A stretch of 64,000 bases of DNA from Felis catus (taxonomy: Eukaryota). Position 1 is the first letter of the stretch, and every line of letters begins with the position of its first letter. The translations under genes and the position numbers were made by a program. Below, one piece after another: positions 37,766-64,000 of the stretch. The notes below the pieces were generated by a model that saw only the letters and a program-made list of their open reading frames with translations, was not told where the DNA came from and ran no database searches. The stretch spans positions 144,152,001 through 144,216,000 of the forward strand of contig NC_058368.1 of NCBI RefSeq assembly GCF_018350175.1, read 5' to 3'.

Positions 37766-37767
<2 letters not shown>

Positions 37768-40387
37768 CAGTGTGGTTTGTTCCTTTGTTCCAAGAGTAAA
37801 GAGATTTAGAGAATAAAGAAATGTCAATGTACAGACAGAAAAACTTCCCGGTCCCCTTGAGGTCTCCTGGGGAACAGAAAGGGCAGGACCAAATAATTAG
37901 AAATGGTCGGCAATGCAATTTCATTTTTGCCCCAGGAAAAGCCCAACTTCACATAGATTGTAGGGCTTCTTTCCTCTGTGTTTAGCCAGAAGCTCTATCC
38001 CTTTTATGACCAATACCTTTTCGTTAAGAGTCTCTAATTCTACTCCTGATACTCATTTAGTGATATATTTCTTTTTTGTCCTAACTGGAACATCCTTGTT
38101 CACAAGTGTCAATCTTTCAGAAATCACTATTTTTCAGAACCCTTTCGGCAGCTGGCCAGCCGACTTTTCCCTCACAAAGTCATGTTGCCTATAGGTCATT
38201 TGCTGCAGTTTTTAGTTTACCAAATATATATATAAAGCATCTTGTTAAAGGGACATCTGTTCCTGTGTTTACTTACTATGTATCTCTTTGAGCTACTGAT
38301 ATTACTTTCATATGTATTTTTATTACATATTTAATGAAAATCTAGTTCTTAATATAGATCAGCAACACATCGTTCTAACCTTTACAATTTTACTTTCTCC
38401 AATCTCATACATGTTGATTTACAATTTGCTCATTTTTCTATTTTGCTTTATTCAGATGTCCTAGAGATAGGAAATAAAGTTTCAGGGGCTTTTTTTGTTT
38501 TTTTTTTTCCCCTTGGAGGGCATAAGCACTCTAACTCAGTGATTTACATCCTTGGATACACTTTAGAATCATCTGGGGGTGTTGTTTACTCTGCAGATTC
38601 TGGGACCCATCCCTCATACAGGTGTACTAGGGAGGACATTTTGAGAAACATTTATTAGGACGTGGGTATGTTACATAATTTCAACCTCACAGAAACATAA
38701 AATGGGCTAACCTGAATATTTAGAACACATGTTCATGTTTTATTATTTACATTTTAGCCTCCAATTATCAACACTTGACAGTGCTGTTTTATAAATCAAT
38801 GTGGAAAAAGGAAGACTTGCATTTGTCTTGAAAATGAACAAACCAGGCACCACGAGAGAAAGCCTGATGGTTTTCTAGCAATCGGTCTTTGGAATTTTGT
38901 GTGACCCTTGGCTAATTATGTTTTCTTCTTTACATTTTTAAGTGGACTCTGGGGATAAATTGCCATTAAGAGTCTGAAATTTTATGTGAGGTGTTCAAGG
39001 AGTATCAGGAGGTCAGCACTTACAAACTAGCAACTTATTAAGGAAGAATTTTTACTAAATACATGAAAATGGTTAAATAAAATCAAGATCCCAAAAGTCT
39101 TGCGGTGAAAACAGTAGTCTCCTGCTCTCTCCCCCCAACCTCAAATGTCCTTTTCATTGGCAAGCATTTTCATCCTCTTAGCTTTTCCTTCTGGTAGTTA
39201 TGTTCATGTTGGTTTCTTTCCTCCAGTTAACTATTTTGGTCATTTTTCAAATGAATGCATGTATTAATGTATATTATTTTTAGCTTCTTAAAGTTTATAA
39301 AAAACCTGAGCAGTCTCCTGCCCCACACCCTCCCAACTCTCCAGATTAATGGCTTTTAACAGTTTCTTCTGTTGTTTTTTCTCAAATATTGATCACATCT
39401 TGATTTGTTACTTTACATATTAGTGATTTCCTGATAGGTCAATGAGGATTTGGCAGTTAGACAGCTATCCCCACTTTTCCTCTCATATTGTCCCCAAACA
39501 GTTACCAGACTTAAGTCCTTTAGTCCTTTTGGGTTGCTGCTACATTCTTTTGCAAATTTCTAGATAGCAACATAGAAGGATTTCTCTTGGTATTTATCCA
39601 TGAGTACAACTGTTAGGTCGAAGGGTATGTGCTTCTTCATCCTGAATAAATGTTGCCAACAAACATGGTAAAAGGCTGACAATGTCAAGTGTTGGTGAGA
39701 ATGCCACATCTGAGTATGTGGGATGGTACCTTACTGCAGTTTTAATTTGCATTTCCTCAGTTACCAGTGGGAATATTTATCTTTGCATGTATTTATTGGC
39801 TATTTGGGTTTCCTCTTCTCAAGATGGCTTGCTTCTTTCTAAGTATCTGAGTCCTAAAAATTCTAGATACCTGTACTAATAGTTTGCTGATTATGTTCCT
39901 TGCAGAAAGCTCCACTGTTTTCTTAAGGATTGTAAGTCTCATGCAGTATTGATTCCTTTTCTTGTCTGTGATGTTTGGTTTTTTTTTTTCCCCCCTCTGG
40001 AAGATTTTAGTAAATTCCTTTATACTCTTGATTTCTATATTCTAATTTTACAGCTGAACATAAGGGGCTCAATTATTATGTTAATTGTTCATGAAATCAA
40101 GCACATAATACTTAAAAAAATCTAATTACAATAGGCATACCTAATTCATAAAATAACATTCTCAACTCTGATACTGTCGACAGTTTCAGCATACATTTTC
40201 CTACACGTACTATATACCATCAGTAAATTTTTTAGGTATGATACACAATTCGCTTCTTTTATTTAACAGTCTTTGGCATTTTTCTGTCAGTACCTCATTC
40301 TTTTTAACTGTTACAGACAATATTAAATTCTACAGACATATTGGTTGGTTATTTCTTTATTGATTGTCATTTGGGCTGTTTCCAAGT

Positions 40388-40596
40388 TTTATTTTTTAAG
40401 TTTATTTATTTTGAGAGAGAGAGTGCACGTGTGTGAGTTGGCAAGGGGAGCAGTGCAGAGGAGAGAGAGAATCTTAAGCAGGCTCTGTGCTGTCGGTGCA
40501 GAATCCGACGTGGCTTGATCTCATGAACTGTGAGATCATGACCTGAGTTGAGATCAAGAGTCTGATGCTTACCCGGATGAGCCACCCAGGTATCCC
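40388..40596 (-). mobile_element. CanSINE
   Basis: TSD CTGTTTCCAAGTT on both sides. Confidence 0.88.
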
Positions 40597-40993
40597 TGTT
40601 TCCAAGTTGGAAAAAATTCTCAGTGCAACAAATTCTCTTGGGTCTATCTCTTTGTTGTTCAGGATTAATATTTAGAAGTAGAAACTCAGCTCTGGGTCCA
40701 AACCCAGAATATTTTAAATTTTAATTGATATTGTTAACTTAAACTCTAAAAAAGTTGTATTAATTTACAAGGCAAAAAATGCCCTTTCTTTGGATACCTA
40801 ACAAATCCAAATCTTTGCTAACGTGGTAGGAAAACATGTTTTAATTTTCACCTTTTAATTAAGTGAAGTTTAATTTTGTTTCCAACCTCATAATTTTGGT
40901 TTCTTGCGTTGTCTAGTTTCATTTCACTACCTTTTTAATTTCTAATTTTAGCCATATGCTTGTTTTAAATCACTCTTTTTTGTAAAGAACAAC

Positions 40994-40999
40994 TTTATT
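40994..40999 (-). terminator. Candidate DHFR polyadenylation signal AATAAA
   Basis: TTTATT on the plus strand about 650 nt past the DHFR stop. It is the first canonical hexamer I found on the sense strand; ATTAAA variants occur near 41230-41245. Confidence 0.4.
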
Positions 41000-41641
41000 C
41001 TTCTATCATTGTAACATCCATGGAATCCCACAGAAGATCAGAGGCAGAGTTTTTAGAGGTCTCAGACCTTTCCTTTTAACCTTCAAAAAGACAGTGTCCT
41101 ACCTGCCTCTTTACTATCCCAATGGAATACACCAGAGTTCCCTCAACTTACTGATTGCCTGAGTGAACAGAACCTTTTTTGAGAAGAGTGAATGAAATGC
41201 ATAGAGAATTCAAAGTCTCTATTTTGATTTAATTTTCTTTTAATATCTGAGTTCTATCTCTTCTGTTTATAATCCATGTCTGACCTTTGGACAAATCTGT
41301 CTAGTTCTATCTCTGTAGGTCCTGGTTTCAACTCATGCTCTCAGGGAATTTTTTCAACTTTGGTTTTTGAAAGATATGCTACTGTAGGCAGGTGCTGGTC
41401 CTTGATGGGCATCATACAGCTACAGCAAAAAAGGTTTCATAAATGGTCACCTGATATGGAATAGTTAAGACTAATCTTAACTATAGTCTACTTAAGATTA
41501 ATTTATAAAATTTCATTGCTTACAAATAATTAGCCGTTGACCTAAAGTCACAAAAGTCTTTTTTTCTAATATTAAAAAAAATATGTAATTGGAGGGGAGG
41601 GGGAACAACTAACTTGAAATAAACCAGAAAACACCTTCACA

Positions 41642-60141
<18,500 letters not shown>

Positions 60142-60198
60142 GACAGCCGCTGTGGACACCACACCGCTTGCTCACGACCGTGGGAATGCCGGCCGAGC

Positions 60199-60209
60199 TT
60201 GGCGCGAAA
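60199..60209 (-). promoter_or_regulatory. E2F element of the DHFR major promoter (TTTCGCGCCAA)
   Basis: Plus-strand TTGGCGCGAAA about 60 bp upstream of the DHFR ATG, matching the classical DHFR E2F element. Confidence 0.9.
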
Positions 60210-60219
60210 TTGCAGCCAT

Positions 60220-60262
60220 CCCGCCCCCTCGGTCCTATTTGTACAGCCGAGACCCCGCCCCC
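60220..60262 (-). promoter_or_regulatory. Two Sp1 GC boxes flanking a TACAAATA element
   Basis: CCCGCCCC at 60220-60227 and CCCCGCCCC at 60253-60261; TATTTGTA at 60236-60243 resembles the CACAAATA motif of mammalian DHFR promoters. Confidence 0.75.
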
Positions 60263-60379
60263 TGACACGGCGCACGGCAGGGTCGTGACGTGCTCGCGCA
60301 CGCAGACTAGGGGAGCTGCGGTGGCGTGCTCGCGCTCCCGCCTGGGCCCTGCCCCAGTGGCGTCAATCTGTGCCCTGCG

Positions 60380-60586
60380 ATGTCGGGTCGGAAGCCTGCC
60401 TCTAGTCGCGCCGCTGCCGCCGGCCCAGCTCCTGCAAGGCAAGAGGTTTTGAGCAGATTCTTCCAGTCTACGGGAAACCTGAAATCCACTACGTCCCCCA
60501 CGGGTGCAGTCGCGAAGGCCGGCCCTGACTCTGATTCCGCAGCGCCCCTAGCGTCCACTCTCCCGCCTCAGTTGCCGCCACACGTG
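60380..60586 (+). CDS. MSH3: MutS homolog 3, coding exon 1 (207 nt; gene continues beyond the window)
   Basis: Encodes [69 protein letters not shown], with PIP box QxxLxxFF (QEVLSRFF, 60440-60463); donor GTG|GTGGGT; divergent from DHFR. Confidence 0.96.
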
Positions 60587-60604
60587 GTGGGTTCGGTCCA
60601 GGAC

Positions 60605-60760
60605 GGGGCGGGGCCAGCGGGGTAGATGGGGCGGGACTAGATGGGCGGGGACGGTGCTTGTGGGTGGAGCAGGAGGAGATGGGAGCAGTACGCGAGAATC
60701 GACGAGATGAGCCGGCCCGGTGAGATAGGGGCGGGGCTCAAAAGGGAGAAGGCGGGAAAA
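60605..60760. promoter_or_regulatory. GC-box cluster plus E2F-like site in MSH3 intron 1 (candidate DHFR upstream/minor promoter)
   Basis: GGGGCGGGGC at 60605, GGGGCGGGAC at 60628, GGGCGGGG at 60643, GGGGCGGGGC at 60728, GGCGGGAAAA at 60751. Confidence 0.55.
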
Positions 60761-61429
60761 GCCCGGCTGGTCTCCTTTAAAAATGTAGTTCAAAGATTGT
60801 ACTTTCCACTTGGAGTAATAGACTCGAGGCCAAGATCACACAAGTTCTTAATGGCAGACCTGAGAGAGGAACAGAGGGCTCCTGACTTCCATTCTGATGA
60901 GGGTAGTGGCCTGTGGGCAAAGGATACATCTTTTAACCTCCATTCTGCCTCCTTTTTTTTTTTTTTTTTTTTTAAATCTGGATTGAAAGTTGAAGAGGAG
61001 CTTTATTTACCTTATTTATATGTACTTGGTTAGGTGACTGGAAGAAAATTGCCACTGAATCTCTAGTTTTTAAGGGTGCAACAGTGGTGCTAATATTCTC
61101 AAGCGACTGGGGTATAAAGGCAGTCATATTGTGCAGTTCCTCAGTGACTATACTTATAGGTAAGATTGTAAAGTTTGATAGACAATTTGGGTTAAGTTCC
61201 TTAAGGTGGTGCAGATGTGAATGGTTATTCATTGGTTCCTTTCTGTTGCTTGCCACCTTTCAACTGAGTAAGTTAAGTTTGTTTTGTTCTTACCAGGGAC
61301 ACTGCCACCAGGGAAAACCTCAGGGTGAGCCCCTCACTGGGTCTCCCTGGTACAGTATTTTTAAGCTGAGAATATGGAAAGGGATTGCAGACTGGCTTTA
61401 AGCCACCTTCCAAGTTTGTTTCGTTTGGT

Positions 61430-61598
61430 TGTTTTATTTATTTTGAGAGAGAGAATGAAAGCAATTGGGAAAGGGGCAGAGACAGAGGGAGACAGAATCC
61501 TAAGTGGGCTCTGCACTGCCAGTGCTTGTCAAACTCACAAACCCATGAGATCATAACCTGAGCCCCTCCAGTGCGCCTACTGAGCCACCCAGGTGCCC
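61430..61598 (-). mobile_element. CanSINE in MSH3 intron 1
   Basis: Reverse-complement SINE head GAGCCACCCAGGTGCCC. Confidence 0.82.
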
Positions 61599-62282
61599 AC
61601 ACCCTCTGAGTTTTAATATGGATGGGGTGACAGCTACTTCAAAGTCTTCCTTTCATTTATATTTCTTCCAGAGAGTGATTGCTCCTCTCCTGTCTTTGAT
61701 TTTTGATGATAGTCTACGTTTTCATGAATACACCAAGATTTTATTTTATACCTAACATTTAGAGGTTATTTGGTGAAGATCTTAATTTTTGACAGGTTTC
61801 CTACCAGCACATAGGTCATAATCTTACGGTATTTTTGGTGGTGAACATAAGCCAAGTTTGTATATGAAGCAGTTACATTACAATTCACAATTCGAAAATG
61901 ATAGTGTTCTTTTATTTTCTACTTAATTTCACCTTTCCTAAATTGATATTTTTTAAAAGGTATTTTATTTAACATAGGTAAGTAGGATGATTCAGGTTTT
62001 ATAATCTGTGATAGGTGAAGGCTGACTGAGTACATAAAGCTATCAGTCTTAGTTCTAATTAATTGTAGCAGGGCTTGAGGTGCTGAGGTTCATGACCTGC
62101 CAGTCTTTACATTGTCTTTCATGATGGGAAAGACAGTTCACCCACAGTTCTTTCTAGAGCTGAAAGTATTTGATTCTGTGAAGAATGGAAGGCAAAGACC
62201 TTGTCATTCAGAAGTAAGGTTTAAATTATTTTGCATACATCAAGTTTTGAGATTAGACATAACACATCACTTTCCAATATAG

Positions 62283-62403
62283 GTTGTGGAAATCGGCAGA
62301 AGTAAAAAGAGACCACTGGAGAATGATGGGCCTGTTCAAAAGAAAGCAAAGAAAGTCCAAGAAAAGGAAGGAGGGAGTGATTCAGTAATGTCTGGGAATG
62401 TTG
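62283..62403 (+). CDS. MSH3: MSH3 exon 2 (121 nt)
   Basis: Acceptor CCAATATAG|GTTGTG; encodes [40 protein letters not shown], including the basic NLS-like region; donor TTG|GTGAGT; in phase with exon 1. Confidence 0.96.
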
Positions 62404-62669
62404 GTGAGTCTTGGGGCGAGGAGTCTTCATTCTCAGGAGTCATGACACTGACACTGCATTCTCCAAAGAGCAGAGGAGGTTATTGGAGAGTTGTGCCATT
62501 TTTTCCCTTTGTGGAAAAAAAATCTCCATTGCGCTTGAGTAGTGTGGCCCCTCCATATGTGGTGGTGTGAGTAGGAGGTTGGGGGAGTGGGAGTAAAGCT
62601 GGAATTCTGGAATTTGCTGTGGTTCTTCCCATTTTCTCTTTTATTTCTCCTACCTAATTTTTTATCCTG

Positions 62670-62848
62670 ATTTTTAAAAATGTTTATTTATTTTGAGAGA
62701 AAGAGAGAGAGTGAGCGAGAGAGAATCCCAAGCAGGCTCCATGCCCAGCGCAGAGCCGGATGTGGGACTTGATCCCACGACCATGAGATCATGACCTGAG
62801 CTGAAATCAAGAGTTGGATGCTTAATCGACTAAGCCACCCAGGCGCCT
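62670..62848 (-). mobile_element. CanSINE in MSH3 intron 2
   Basis: Reverse-complement SINE with (GA)n. Confidence 0.87.
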
Positions 62849-62949
62849 CTGTCCAGATTTTAAAAGTTTTATAAAAATTTCAAACATAGAAATGTACAAG
62901 GTAGACCATGAAAGGACACTATAGTCACAACCTTTTAGTGAGGCCTTAT

Positions 62950-63141
62950 GGTAACACATATTTTGTATGTTATGTATATTATATGCTGTATTTTTAGACC
63001 AAAGTAAGCCAGAGGAAACAAAATGTTATTAAGAAAATCATAGGAGAAAATATATTTACAGTAGTGTACTGTTCTTTATTGAAAAAAATCCCCAGTAAGT
63101 GGACCTGTGTAGTTCAAACCATGTTGTTTAAGGGTCAACTG
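62950..63141. mobile_element. Tigger2/MER8-like DNA transposon terminal fragment
   Basis: Ends with GTTCAAACCATGTTGTTTAAGGGTCAACTG followed by the TA target dinucleotide. Confidence 0.7.
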
Positions 63142-64000
63142 TATTTTATAAATTGTATTATACTGTATGTACTAATTTACAGCTATCATTTTCCACTTAA
63201 CACTTCAAACAGTTTTCAATGTCAAGGACATGTAAATCTACCCTGTGCTTTTTTAGCATGGCAGTGTTCTTTCTGTATGCTAAAAGTCTTTGGATAAAAC
63301 CACCATTCTTGAGCTCGTGTACTTCTGGGGGTGGTGTTGGATTTATAGATGGCTGAGCAATGTTTCTTTAGTTTTTGGCCTCAGAGAGCTTGTTATGAGA
63401 TGACAGAAAATGCTTCTTTCTTTATTATCCCTCAAAATGAGGTAGAGAATGAGACAAAAGAAAAGCCGAAAAAGTCTCATTTTAGTGGGTCAGCATAAAG
63501 GTATCTATCCTTCCTCAGAAGGTAAAATTTGGATTTGGGGTCAGCATGAAAGCCTTAGTATGAAATAACTATAGAGATGGGAAGGTATGCTTAAAGAGAA
63601 AGATAAATCTGATAATACCCTTTCTGTTGTCAGTAAGGCAGTCGACTTACGATGTTTTGAAATAAGACCTTTGCTACTTGTTAAAAATGGCGCTCGGGAA
63701 AAAGGGAAAGGAACATCTACCAGTCAAGCTCTTCCATTTGGTTTCCAGTCTTATTAGACCTTGTGCTTCATTTTCGATCAGTTCTCCTGCTGTGTTTTCA
63801 AATTCAGTAATCTTCTGTGGTGTCTAATTTGCCATAAATCTCGTTCAGTGAAATGTTCATTTCAGATATTATACTTTTCACCCTTAGAATTTCTACTTCT
63901 TTTAAAAAACACTCATGTTTGTCTGTGTGAATTATATCTCAGTAGAGCTGTTACCAAAAAAAAACCCCAACAAAAACAAAAACAAAAAAAACCCCAAAAA

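Noticed and set aside
60326..60379. 18-codon N-terminal extension of MSH3 suggested by the ORF track
   Set aside because: It starts at GTG in the promoter/5'UTR; the ATG at 60380 matches the known MSH3 N-terminus.

Overview
This is mammalian genomic DNA, almost certainly from a felid: it carries many CanSINE/SINEC_Fc-type copies and a carnivore L1 3' end. It is not prokaryotic. The right third holds the complete six-exon DHFR gene on the minus strand: join(60141-60056, 59719-59670, 57456-57351, 51297-51171, 47406-47291, 41720-41642), 564 nt, 187 aa, all introns GT-AG. DHFR lies head-to-head with MSH3 exons 1-2 (plus strand) across a 238-bp CpG-rich bidirectional promoter with E2F and Sp1 sites. 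A second CpG island at about 3.9-5.6 kb is probably the promoter and 5' non-coding exons of ANKRD34B (minus strand), inferred from synteny only. Two processed retrocopies are present. One is a full-length SELENOW copy (about 25235-25994) missed by the ORF track: its 264-nt frame has no net indel and keeps the CxxU TGA codon, but the start codon, SECIS core and poly(A) signal each carry a point change. The other is a decayed RPL21 copy in DHFR intron 4. The rest is SINE, L1, L2, MIR, LTR and DNA-transposon remnants plus microsatellites. Several retrotransposition events can be read directly: an apparent SINE 3' transduction, a nested SINE with two sets of target-site duplications (TSDs), and a twin-primed L1 inversion. 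Nearly all ORFs in the supplied track are spurious. I found no evidence of a genuinely new multi-gene system. Repeat family names and comparisons with human proteins come from recognition, not from database searches.
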